From the human T2T-CHM13v2.0 reference genome, Homo sapiens: a DNA stretch of 64,000 nucleotides. Where the stretch lies: assembly GCF_009914755.1 (NCBI RefSeq), contig NC_060937.1. One strand, written 5' to 3'. A model generated the notes under the pieces. That model was not told the origin of the DNA. It did no database searches and saw only the letters and a list, made by a program, of their open reading frames with translations. The translations under genes and the position numbers were made by a program. Below are positions 1 through 13,992 of this stretch, one piece after another (positions within the stretch are counted from its first letter, which is position 1; each line of letters opens with the position of its first letter).

Positions 1-502
1 AAGAAGTATGGAATAACCCTAAGATATTAAAATGTAACCAAATGTATTTTGCAGGGACTTTACTTATGGGCATCTTTCTGTGAGACACCTAGCACAGCTC
101 TCGTACATAGTTTATACATAAACATGATATGAACTTCTTATTCTCTATTGTTTTAAAGGAAATGTTTACTTCAAGCTGCTTTATTTATTCATAAACATTA
201 CTCGGATAAATTATACTATTGAGTTATTTGAACCAAATATTGTTGATAATTAATAATAAAATAGTTCTAGGCAATAATAGATCATACATTTTCTGTTTCT
301 GAAATTATTTCAAAAATTATATATAAATATATACCTAAATTTACATTAAAAAGCAATGATGACATACAACCTACCAAGACTAAATCATGAAGAAATATGA
401 AATCTGAACAGACCTGTATCTATCTAATCTAGTATCAAACTACATATAGGTCTGTTCAGATTTTGGATATTGAATCAGTAGTCAAACTTCCCAACAAAGA
501 AA

Positions 503-1459
503 ATTCCAGGAGCAAACAGATATATGAATAAATTCTCAACAGCACTAACCATCAGAGAAATGCAAATCATAACCACAATGAGATATCGCCTCACTCCAGT
601 TGCAAAAGCTATTGCCAAAAAAATTAAAAATAATAAATGCTGATGAGGATGTGAAAAAGGAGAAACTCATACATTGTTTATGGCAATGTAAATTAGGAAA
701 ACCATTACGAAAAACCATTACGAAAAACAGTTTTTTGAGGGTAGTCCCTCAAAAAATTACAAGTAGATTCACCATATGATCCAGCAATCTCACTACTTGG
801 TATATATTCAAAGGAAATGAAACCAGTATATAAGAGAAACAGCTGCACTTCCATGTTTATTGCAGCACTATTCACAATAGCCAAAATACGGAATCAACTA
901 AATGCTCAACAATGGATAAATGGATAACGGAAATGTGCTCCATTTGTTGGAACACAATGGAATACTATTCAGCCATAAAAACAATAAACTCCTAATATTT
1001 TCTATAACATGGATGAGCCTGAAGGACATTATATTAAGCAAAATAAGCCAGGCACAGAAAGACAAATACCACATTATCTCACTCACATGTATACTCTAAA
1101 AAGAATGTCTCATAGAATTTGAGAGTAAAACAGTGGTTATCAAAGACTGGAGAGAACTAGTGGGGAGGGGTAGATGGAGAGAGGTTGGTCAATGGGTACA
1201 ATTTTGCAGTTAGGAGAAATAACTTTTGGTACTCTATTGCACATTAGAGTGACTACGACTAACAATAATGCATTGCATAGTTTGAATAGCTAGAAGAGAG
1301 GATTTGAATGTTCTCACAACAAAGTAATGATACATGTTTAAGGTGATTAATATACTAATTACCTAATTTGTTCATTAGACAATATATACAAGTATCAAAA
1401 CATAGCATTATAACCCATGAATATGTAGAATTATTATGTGTCAATAACAAAAAAAGAAA
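503..1459 (+). mobile_element. L1MA-type 3' end (ORF2 C-terminus, 3'UTR, A tail) inserted in the older L1
   Basis: 'atcagagaaatgcaaatcataaccacaatgagat', 'ccatatgatccagcaatctcactact' and an L1MA-like 3'UTR ending 'tgtcaataacaaaaaaa'. 'aaagaaa' occurs on both sides. Confidence 0.85.
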
Positions 1460-1499
1460 GTAAGCCCAGGACCAGATGACTTTACTGGTACATTCTCAC

Positions 1500-2394
<895 letters not shown>

Positions 2395-2959
2395 TCAGAA
2401 ACACTTAAAGAAGAATTAATGCTAATTCTTCTCAAATTCTTTCATATACTGAAGACAGAACACTTCTGAACACACTCTGTGAGGTCAGCATTGCCCTAAT
2501 ACCAAAGCCAGACAAAGACACCACCAAAAACAAACAAACAGACAAAAACTAGAGGCTAACATCCCTATGAATATACATACAAAAATTATCATCATAATAC
2601 CTGCAAACTGAATCCAAGAGTACATAAACCATGACCAAATAGAATTTATACCTAGGATGCAAGGATAGTTCAACAAAAAATCTTGATTAAAGCCATACAT
2701 ACACCACATGAATAAAGGATAAAAATCACATGATCATCTCAATAGATGCAGAAAATGCATTTCACAAAATCAGCACATTTTCATGATAAAAACTCAACAA
2801 ACTTGGATAGGAAGAAATGGCCTCAATAAGAAAATTAATTAAGATGCTATATATTAAACCAAATTTGCCCAGTAAAAAATCTATTATGCAGGAGGAATAA
2901 GTGAATTAATAAATATCATGTTTACATCTGCTCTACTTATTTCCCCCAAGCCTCACCAG

Positions 2960-3285
2960 CGTGATTTGGAGCAACTCAAGTGAATGCTGCACATGTGGTG
3001 GGTTTGTTTCACATCCAAGGGATCTCTGAGTTTTGGAAACTCTAATCCTTTAAAGAGGATGCCAGAAAACCTGTCCAACCTTTGCCCTGAAGGGAGACAT
3101 TATCTTTATGATTCTGATCAAGGAACAATTCTCTACTCTCTGACCAAGAGGAAGTCACTATCTTTATCTTCCAACTCTTTGATTTACAAATATCCTGAAA
3201 ATATGTTATGAAAAACAGTCACCAGTAATTATTGTTTGGAAAATATGGAGTAATGCTAAAATCCCATGGACAATTGTCTGTTAAC
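2960..3285 (-). mobile_element. Degenerate ERVL-class LTR fragment, related to the one at 19.4-20.4 kb
   Basis: 'agggagacattatcttta...cccatggacaattgtc' parallels 'aaggagatattatcttta...cccatgaagaattgtctcccaa' at about 20230-20415. Confidence 0.45.
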
Positions 3286-3299
3286 CCTCATGTCTTGAT

Positions 3300-3582
3300 G
3301 TCCCAAAGTGGAGTCCCAGTTACCACAACCATGGTTCAAATAGCAGGATGAAGGAAAATTGGAAGAAGGAGCACCATCCCTCCCTTAAAGAGTCCATCTT
3401 TTAGGGTGCACAACTCACTTCTCACATCTCATAGGTCAGAACCAGACACATGGTTATACCTAGTTAGTAAGATGCTGGAAAGTCTTGTCTTTATTTTAGA
3501 TGGCCATATGCCTCACTAAAAATGTGTGTTTATATTGTCATATAAAAAGGAGTGAATGAGTATTGGTGGACAATTAGCCAAA
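3300..3582 (-). mobile_element. MLT1-type MaLR LTR fragment
   Basis: 'cacatctcataggtcagaaccagacacatggttatacctag...gagtattggtggacaattagc' is typical of MLT1J/K. Confidence 0.6.
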
Positions 3583-3591
3583 CTCATTCAT

Positions 3592-4594
3592 ACTCTATCA
3601 GGCTTCACAACCTCATTTACCAGCTATGTGTTATAATAGTAGCAAGTGTCAAGAGGATTTTGCAATAGACATCATCATTTATTAGCAAGTAGAAAGAAAA
3701 GCGGTCACCAATGTATTGTTGTAGCTTAGTGAAATCCTGTTCACTGTCCTGTAAGGCATATTAACAAATACCTCCCACAGAAAGGCAGATATAAGAGTAA
3801 TCTGACAGCAGGATTGACAAGCTTTCTCATGGCATCAGAAGAAAGAGCTAGTGCCATAGCACTAGATCTTTTCTAGCCCTATGTAGCATGGTGCATTCAT
3901 ATTTACTTTATCATAGGTAGCTTTTCATTACATATGCAGGGTTATGTCTACTCATCTCTCAGTCAGCTGAGGTTGTGTCTCCACTAGAAAGTCTTTTCTG
4001 ATCCCATTTTGTCTTGTTCCCTGAAATTTAGCTTTATTTATAATCTGTATCCTATGTATAGTTATTTACAATTTTTCATACTTTACCAATAAAGGATATT
4101 TCAAGGAAAGTGCACAGAAAGCACTCCCATACCATTATGTAAATACTAGAATGTTTTGCTAAGTAGCTTGGGATATTAAATGTAATTTTCACTCACTGTA
4201 TTTGGTTACCCAGAAAAAGTGTTTAGGCATCCTTTCTGTTGCACAATAAAAGGATTAGAATCCCTCAACTCCAGTGCCTTTGAAGAAACTCTCTAGATCC
4301 AGAACTTAGCTTGGTTCTTTGTTTTCTAATTAACGAAGAGCTCTTTCATCTGATGCCATGAGAAAGCCTGTCAATCCTGCTGTCAGATTACTCCTATATC
4401 TGCCTTTCCATGGGAAATATTTTAACGTGCTTTACAGGACAGTGAGTGGGATTTCACTAAGCTACAACAATACATTGGTGACTGCTTTTCTTTCTAGTTG
4501 CTAAGAAATGATGGTGTCTATTGCAAACTCCTCTTGTCACTTGCTACTATTATAACACACAGCTGGTAAATGAGGTTCTGAAGCCTGATAGGGT
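3592..4594. repeat. Long inverted repeat: arms 3592-3849 and 4339-4594, 489-bp spacer
   Basis: Manual alignment of the left arm to the reverse complement of the right arm gave 22 substitutions plus one 2-bp indel over 258 bp (about 91% identity). Confidence 0.95.
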
Positions 4595-6390
4595 CTACCT
4601 ACCTTTATTTATTAAAACATACCCAAATTTATGAAAAGAATCTGACAATTGTAAATATGTGAATTAATTTAGATCAATTCATCATGTATCCAAACTTGGC
4701 AGAATTCACCAACCCAAAACTGTCAGTTCAACCTTAATCCCTCCGTGTTTCCTCTGCTCCAACTCTACGCGTTTTATAATCCTGCAAATTATTTGTTATT
4801 GTTTTCTAGTTCCTTTTAGTATAATGTAAGCTCTCTGAGGGCAGAATTTATTTATCTTCTTTGATATATCATCATGACCAGTACATGTTTGTGAAATTTT
4901 TTAAAAAATGAATGAAGCACTTGTTTTTAATTCTAGAAAAAATAGTGATTTATCTGTGGAAACTTATCAATGAAAAAGCACCTGTTTAAGTTCCACTGAA
5001 GCAAGACTTTGACAAATGGCAGGGAAAATTATTAATTATGTGTCTCGGGAACACAAAAGTAGGGAAGAAAGAAAGATTAATTTTAACTGGGTGGATTCAA
5101 AAAGGGTTCATAGGAAAGGTACAGATTAAACTATGCTTTGGATGGTAGAAAATATAAATAATCTTATTTTGGTTTTAAGCAAAAGCAGATCTTAATATAT
5201 TTTAACATTTCTTGACACTATTGTTCTTAAGTACAATAAACTCAGTCCTGTTAATACTGATCTTGCCACACAGATCTTGCACATAGAGAGCTAGACTTGG
5301 GTTTGTTTATCAATCTAGAGAGTTTTCAAATGTATTCAAAGACCAAGTGAATATTGAGCAGGAAACTAAGTGGACAGTGAATAGTGGACAGTCACAAGTT
5401 AATAAGAAAAAGCAATGAAAGGGGAATCTAGGCAGAAACGAGTAAGTGAAAAGGCAAAGGGGTGTGGACAATCTAGGTAGGTTCAGGGAGCTGGAATGAT
5501 TTGGTATGGCTGGGACATCAGGTGGTTGTAAGGCAAGTGTCAAGAAAAGAGAATGGAGAAAGAAAGTGAAGTCTAAGCTATTAAAACCACTGTATTCTAG
5601 AATGAAGAACCTGGAAATGACCATGCTCAAATATGGCACCAAAATGAGTTGTTGAAATACATTTTAATTCTGAGGCATAATTTATTAAATAATACGTTTC
5701 AACAATTGGCATATATCTTAGCCAGTCAACTATTGTGATGAAATTCTACTAATTGTACAGTTTCCTTGAGCAATTAGAAACAACTCTTCAACCAGAGTGA
5801 ATATTTATAAAATTGAAATGAAAACACATCACTGCTCTTTTTTTTTTTTTAATCTTTGCAATATTTTTACCTCAGCCAAGTTACTATATGATCTCTTTGG
5901 GGCCACTCCCTGCCAAACTTAAATTTTGCATTTTATATTCAAGGACTTGATACAAATTTTTCTTTCTTATTGGAATGATTCCCCCCATCACATATCCATT
6001 CTGGATATCTAATAAATCAATCAGGTCCCTTAAAAATCATCTCTTTCAGTATGTGAATTAAAATTCTCCTGAGCTGATTAGTAGCCCCAACTGAGATTCA
6101 GTAAACAGCAATTTCTTTTTTTTCTTTCTTTTTTAATGTGTGAGTCTAAGATTAATTAAAATGTATACAATTTGGGGTGCCACCTTTGAGAAGAAGAATA
6201 CCAAAATTTGAATAAAAAATAGAAACAGAGTGTTGGAAGGCACTATGCAAGTGATGGACCTTGAGGCTTAAGGCACTGTGCTAGGTATTAGGACATAATG
6301 GAAAAACAACAGACAATGAATCCTGCTTTCGTAATGCTTTAAGCCATATGTGCTTCAGACTGAACAGAAATTACAACTGCCTTGTAAAAA

Positions 6391-6501
6391 TTGTTTGTTT
6401 GTTTGTTTGTTTGTTTGTTTGAGACAGAGTCTCTGTCTCCCAGGCTGGAGTGTGCAGTGGCGCAATCTCAGCTCACTGCAGCCTCCGCTTCCCAGGTTCC
6501 A
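6391..6501 (-). mobile_element. Truncated Alu (3' ~85 bp of right arm) with (TTTG)n tail
   Basis: 'tttgtttgagacagagtctc...cccaggttc', then an abrupt end. Confidence 0.88.
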
Positions 6502-6518
6502 GAATTATTAGCATGAAG

Positions 6519-6879
<361 letters not shown>

Positions 6880-8252
6880 TTATACATTTTGCAGATTCTT
6901 AAGGGGGTGGTACTACATATTTATTAAAATTCAAGCCTACTTATAAGATGTGTTCAGGCAGAATCAGTATCTGTTTGTGAGCTAAGAAAATTTTTTAAAA
7001 ATCACAAAAAGACATCTTAGCTAGAATGTAAAGTGCAAAAGAACCAAGCCAAGACAGCTACCAAAGAAGAAACAAAAATAACCACTAATGTCTGTCTATA
7101 TTGTTTGGGGAATCTGAGGTTATATTTGGCCAAGCACCACACATCGACGTTTATTCACTTTTTTTGTGTGTGTTTTCTTTATTCACCAAGTGAGTCTGGC
7201 TGTGCTGGCATATATACCCCTTAGCTTAATCTGTCTTACTAGAAGCCTCACTAAATTTGTTATATGAAATTGATGCAATTTTGGTCTTGAATCCGTCAGA
7301 ACACACTCATTAATTTTAAGCCATAAACCAATTTCTTGGTTTTTTCTTCCACAAGAAATAGTGTCATGAATAACCTAAACTTAAGATAAGTGTTCATTGT
7401 TTTTTATTACTCTTAATTGGAAAAAGTGTTGAAAATAATATTTAGGGAAACAACAGCCAGGTTAGAATGACACATTAGTGTTACGTGATAGCAAAACAAG
7501 GGGAAAAAATCACGTCAGCAGAGGTGAGGAAAAAAACAAACAAAAAAATGTAAGAGGGTGATGTTAAAACAATTTTCTGCTATGGGTCTGAAGTAAAAGG
7601 TCATTTTCTAATGATTATGTTTCTGAGTAACATAGGAAAAGTACCCAGACATTAATAGCCAGTCATCAAACCACAGAATTTTAAAGCCATTAAATCACAC
7701 CCAGGGAGAAGAAAAAGATGCCAAGTAAAAGCTCTACTAACTCAATTTAAAGGAAAAAAAATCAAGTAAAAAATGGAGCCATTCAAAACATTTTCACAGA
7801 ATAGAATTAAAATTCATATTTAATTAAAGTGTAAGCAATTTTGGCAATGTAAGAATTAAAAACTTCAAAGAGTATTGATATCACACTCTGATATTTTTTA
7901 CGAAGAAAGATACTAGAGCAAAACAGGATTTCTTAATATATGATGTATGCTAGCTGACCAAAAAATACAAGTACAGGAAAAGTAATCTGAATAGTGATTT
8001 CTATGTATAGTCAATTTAAAAGCGACAGTAGAAGAAACTAGATAGACAATTTAGTCATAACAACATGTAAGAAATTGCCACAAGACTCTGCGTTAAATAT
8101 TTTCTCCATTTATTTCTGATTAAGATTGGAGAATATTTACAACAAAATACATATTTTAAGGTTATTCAAAGTAAAGTCATAAAGAAGGTCACAGAGCTAT
8201 AATGCAAGCTAATTATCCAAAAAATATGGATAAGTAATGTACTAACACTTTA

Positions 8253-8253
<1 letters not shown>

Positions 8254-8284
<31 letters not shown>
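8254..8284. repeat. (TG)n microsatellite
   Basis: About 15 perfect TG units. Confidence 0.95.
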
Positions 8285-8289
<5 letters not shown>

Positions 8290-8564
8290 TTACAAAATAA
8301 TGTAAAAAGTGAATAAGATAATGAAAGGACAGGATACTTCTCACCCATATTAGGCAAATTTGCTGTGTTAATGAGATATCCATTTTAAAAACAATACCAG
8401 GAATAAATCTATTGCTGTCAATGTAAATGGTAAGAAAAAGTCACTAAATAACCGACTGTTACTTATAGTGATTAGAAAACATAAAAAGGCAAAAAGTATT
8501 ATGCTTTCCTCTATTATCCTCTATTAGAATTATAAAAATTTACATCCAAGAGAACATCCATTCC

Positions 8565-8863
8565 TTTTTTTTTCCTGGATACAGGATCTTGCTCTATCAC
8601 CCAGGCTATAGAGCAGGTGGCATGATCACAGCTCACTAGCCTCAACTTCCTGATTCAAGTAATCCTCTCACCTCAGCCCCTCAGCCTCTTAAGTAGCTTT
8701 AACTACAGGAGCATGCCACCATGCCCAGTTATTTTTAAAATTATTTGTAGAGATGGGGTCTCACTACGTTGCCCAGGCTGGTCTCAAACTGCTGGACTCA
8801 AGCAATCCTCTCACCTCGGCCTCCCAAAATGTTGGAATGACAGGGGTGAGCCACTGTGCCTGG
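8565..8863 (-). mobile_element. AluJ
   Basis: Diverged Alu with 'ctcaagcaatcctc'. TSD gaacatccattc / gaacattcattc. Confidence 0.9.
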
Positions 8864-10459
8864 ACGGAGAACATTCATTCTACTATTATTGTAAGTTTTA
8901 CTATCCATGAATAGATATACCCACTGGATAGTTTTACTTTTAATATTTAATATTGAAGAATGTTAAATTTTATCATTGACTTCCAAATTAAGTGTCTTTA
9001 AAGAAAAATATAGTAATGCTTAAAAAATCATTTTCAAGAGAAAATGTGAATATAAATAGAAAAAGTAGTATTAATAAATGTATATATTTACATGTTACAC
9101 AAATTGGTGTTAATAAAATGTGTGTATTATTAAATATATACATTTTCTATTGAGTAAAGTGACAATATTAACACAAATGAACATAATTTTTCTATGAATG
9201 TCATTAAAAGGCACAACGGAATAAAAATTGTATTTGAGAGGAGTGAGAAGCAGAAGGTAACTACTTCATATAGAAACAATTCCAAGAAATTACTTTTAGA
9301 AAATTTGCAGATAGGACTGAAAGTTGGTAACAAAATATTTTAATTCCTTCTAGAAGTCTCAGTATTCCTCAGAAGGTAATGGAAGAACAACCAACCATTT
9401 TTTATGCAAGCAGCCCATCACTATAGGCTGTGTATGATTTTAACTCCTTTTCACTTCTACACAGCAGCCTTCCAAAGCAGTGGTGATAGTAGGATTTGGA
9501 GTTTTTCTCAGCAACTATAGCCAAAAGAAGTCTAGCAGAAATGGTTACAGATATTTTTTGATATTGAGAGTGATTATAGTGTAAAGTTCAATAGCGAACA
9601 CTTTATACATTACTGCAGAATAAAGCTTTACCAAATACAAAAAAGAGATTGAATTGACAAGTAGCTATTTGCTTTAGCTTTTTGTGATTCTGGTTCACCT
9701 TTTCTTTCTTATCTAATAGCTTTTTAAAAATAATAATGGATATTGACACTAAGGAAACTTCTAGCAAAACATTTGAGAGCAGGATTTTGAGAGCAAATAA
9801 ATGTACCTTGAAAAAAATTAAGAGACTTAAATATTATGTGACAGGGAAAATCACAAGTAGTAAATAGAAAAACAAAGTAAAACAAAGCATGTAGAAGTTT
9901 TTCCATCATATAAAAATATTTTATTTTTTGACCTAAAAACATATACTTTAAAGACTTTAAAGATGATAAAAAGACTTTAAAGATGATAAAGACTTGACAG
10001 ATACAAGATAACACACTCAAAATAAGGTGGTTATAAAGGTGATTGGAAGGAGGGGAGTCAAATAAAGATATCGTGTAAGAAAAGTTAAAATGCAAAAATT
10101 TTAAGTCTGCATCGGAGATACAAACGATCATAAACAAATTGGCATTGATTGAATTCATGTATTTTTTTAACTGGCGAAGGAGACTTATGGCAAAGAAATC
10201 AGTCTTAAAACACACATAGAACCATTAACGTAAGTATGTGCTAAAATATATCTCAAATCAGAGAACTAGAATAATGGGAAAAGGAACAATTAAACAAACG
10301 AGTCTCAATAGACTAAAAACTTTCCTAAGCAGAAGAAAGACAGAGTTGAGATCGTTAAAATGAATCTCCAAGTAGTAATTTAAAAGAATGAGAAGTAGGC
10401 TTCAGATTGTACATCCAGAAACATTTTGATTTTTGAGGAGGAAGTACAAACTTTTTAAG

Positions 10460-10990
10460 CTGTTGTCTCTCAGGTCTACATCCTCTCCTGTATTTTCTGC
10501 TTTTGAAATAAGGGCTAAATCTCTGAAAACCACTTTTCTGCTTTGCCACCTGGTTCCCTGTTAGGATCTGACATCAGTGGGTGGCAGAGACTGAAAGACT
10601 AGAGGAGAGTAAAGGGTCTTGGTTTTTTGTTTGTTTGTTTGCTTTTTTTTTTTTCCTGTGAGTGTCACCCCATCCTTTTCTCACCGTAGCAGCCCTGTAG
10701 CAAGAGTTGCTCTGTAGCACCAGACACACCTAGTTTGCGGTTTTTCTAAGACACGCCATCGGCTTCATTGAGACTACTCTAAGCCATTGGCGCCAGCAGA
10801 TTGGCATCTTCTTCTCAGAGCACTGGGTCCCAGGTCTTTCCTTCTGAGACTAGCTCCAGCTAAGCAGTGGCCCAAATAGCAGTTGACTGAATTTCAGTGC
10901 ACAGGGCCCTTCCCCAAGCTTCTAAATCTTAATCATTTTAACCATGTCTTTTAGTTCTCCACCCCCAGGAGAGGTAGCTATTATTGTGAG
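10460..10990 (-). mobile_element. Old ERVL LTR (LTR33/LTR16-like)
   Basis: GC-richer block 'tgttgtctctcaggtc...cctggttccctgttaggatctg...gagactgaaagactagagg'. Confidence 0.5.
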
Positions 10991-11399
10991 TTGATTAAAT
11001 TACAATATAGTGTTATTTTGTTGATTTTTGGTTAACTAGTAAGTTTTTTTACTTACTCAACAAAACTTTATATTTAATATTAAAATATCTTTGTTTAGAA
11101 TAACTGATAAATGACTGTTCTGATTTCTGGCTCTTGACTGAATGTTAACTAATATAAACACAGTAAAAACATCTATAAGAATAAAAGTTTGGGTTATACA
11201 AACACATATGAAAGATAAAAAAAAAATCACTGAACTTACATATCTCCCCCACTCCCCCAAAAAGATAGAATGTAAGTAAATAATATCTATTGAATTTTAA
11301 AAATACAAGGCAGAGATATTAAATTACTTAAGCTAATTTGCAAACAATGTGAGAAGACACAGGAAAGTCCCTTTCAGACATAGAATCTAATAAATTACA

Positions 11400-13900
11400 T
11401 AATCAACACGTACTTACTGGAAAGTAATAATAATAAAGTGAGATGCATTCACTTGGAAATGATTAATTTTCAGAATACATGAAGAACTCCATAAATCAAA
11501 ATGAAAAAGAGAACACACAGAAATAGAAACAGAGAAAATTTTGAAAATAAACTTCAACAGAAGATATACAAATGACTAATACATATATTAAAGATGTTTG
11601 ATCACATCAGTTCTTAGAGAATGTGATAGCACTAGTCATCAGAATGGATAAAGATAAATAAAAGACAAGTCGGATGTTACCAAGTCAGTAGGGCACATGG
11701 AGCATTCAGAATTTAAAAATCTGTTAGTGTGTGGACAAATTAGGAAAACCACTTACAAACACATTTGAGCAGTATCTACTAAAGCTGAGCACAAGAATAA
11801 GTAAAGCCTAGTAATTTAAGTTCTAGGTCTACAGCCAGCTAAAATGTGTATGTACATTCACCAAAAGATATACATAAGAATATTCATAACTGCATTATTC
11901 TTAATAGTCAAGAAGAGGAAACAACTGAAATATCCAACTACACTCAGTAGTTGAGTGTAGGAGAATGAATAAATTAAATTGTAGTATAATAATTGACAGA
12001 GTTTGGATGTGTGTCTCCACCCAAATCTCATATTGGAATGTACAGCCCAGTGCTGGAGGTGGGGCCTGGTGGGGGTAATTGGGTCATGGGGGCAGATTTC
12101 TCATGAATGGTTTAGCACTATCCCTCTTGGTACTGTCCTTACAATAATGAGTGAGTGCTCGTGAGATCTGGTTGTTTAAAAGTGTGTAGCACCTCCCACC
12201 TGGATCTTTTGCTCCGACTTTCACCATGTGATGTGCCTGCTCCCCCCTGGCCTTCTGCCACCATTGTAAGTTTCCTGAGGCCTCCCTAGAAGCTGTGCAG
12301 ATGCCATCATCATGCTTCCTACATAGCCTGAAGAAGTGACAGCCAAGTAAAGCTTTTTCTTTATAAATTTCCCAGTTTCGGGTATTTCTTTATAGCAATG
12401 TGAGAATGAACTAACACAGTAATAAAGAAAAATAAACTCCAAGAACTATTAATACTATAATTTGTTAAATTCTGAATTTAAAGACGAGTAAGTAGAACTA
12501 AGTCAAACGAAAATTATTAAGAAAATAAGAAAGAAAATAAACATAGCCTCCGTGTATGCTTGTTTGACTAAAAATAAAAACAAAACCATATAATGACACT
12601 GGCAAATGCTATGACAAGATGAAATTAGTGATAATACTAACAGAGAAAAATAACAAATTAGGACAATCACAATATAGAATGAAGATACAGCAATACTAAA
12701 TAAATGATTTGTGGCAGTGATGAAATTAGAAGTGATATGTGACTGCCATCTGTTAAACTTTAGAATATCAGTAAAATAGAATATTAAAGGTACTATATAT
12801 AATAGTGTCCATAAAACTTCTACTGTCATTTCTTTCTCATGCTCAAGAAAATACACTTCTCATGATTAAAGTCAATTATAGCAGATAAATTGTAGAAAGC
12901 TTCTTCATGCCATGATGTTATGCTAAAATAAGATTTTATATCATAATGAAGAATGTTGTGAAATCATTTATAAGCAACTTTGATGCAAAGTCATAGCTGG
13001 AATATGGAATGCAAAAATTAAAGAATTAATGCAATATGAGCAAGTAGGATTTACTTAGATGTGTAATATGATTTATAGTTAGAGTATTTATGCAAATTAC
13101 CACATAAACAGATCAAATAAGAAAACAATCATCATCTTGACAAATTCATAAAATGTATGCTAATTTTAGAAAATAAAATTTCCACTATGGAAGCTACAGA
13201 CAATAAAATACTGCCTTTAACCTTAATCAATATATGTATCTCAAATAACAACTGATATCAGAGACTATAAAGCACTATAAAGGTTTTCAATTAAAATAGG
13301 TAGATAAGGACACCTGATATCACTACTATTTAGGTAATCATTCTAAAAATATAAACAACACAATAAAAAGGAAATAAATGTATATTAAGAAAACAGAAAA
13401 AGTTTCCTTACTAGTTTATTAAATGTTTATCTTTCTAGAAAATCTATTATAAATTGAATAGTAAATATAACATATGCATTTAGTTAAATGGTTATATATA
13501 AATTATCTTTTATAATTTAATTATGTAATTATTAATGTATAAATAGATATAAATAAACACATAATATGTAAAATATTAAAAAATATAAATAAACATGAAT
13601 AACCTCAGAAAGAAAGAATAACCATGCCAAATTTAAACAGCACTAAAATACAAGGAGAGTAATTTTAAAAGATAAAAGTACAACTATCTTCTCAGAAGAA
13701 AATATTAATATTTCAAATTTAGAGATCCCACATCTTTCTCAAATTAATCTGTAAATATTTATTTACAGGGAAAATTCTGAAGGGATGTTTAAGATGACTT
13801 TTTAAAATCTGAAAAATGTATACCAAAGTTTAATTTAGAGGATAACTAACTAAAAGAAATTTTGAAAAACAATTATTATAAGAAATATGCCTTACCTTTG
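11400..13900 (+). mobile_element. Highly degraded L1ME/L1M fragments, split by an MST LTR
   Basis: 'cagaatacatgaagaactcc', 'agaagatatacaaatgactaatac', 'agtatctactaaagctgag' and 'caaattaatctgtaaattt'. Confidence 0.6.
11994..12418 (+). mobile_element. MSTA-like MaLR solo LTR
   Basis: TG...'gtttggatgtgtgtctccacccaaatctcat'...'ttctttatagcaatgtgagaatgaactaacaCA'. TSD ataat/gtaat. Confidence 0.9.
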
Positions 13901-13992
13901 CATTAAACAAAATATATAATGTGAATATGTATTCATTGTATATGTGTATCTGTGTGTATGCACATATACAGTGTTAAGTCACTTTTTATGAG

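Noticed and set aside
9724-10215. 163-aa minus-strand ORF and similar F/L/I-rich ORFs (5310-5642, 12503-12856, 23214-23543, 57224-57562)
   Set aside because: These are compositional artefacts of T-rich strands or antisense L1 and low-complexity DNA. They have no recognisable domain and often start at non-ATG codons.
13440-13600. Extremely AT-rich stretches (also about 22470-22540 and 28430-28610)
   Set aside because: Low-complexity decayed (TA)n-like DNA with no specific structure I can support.
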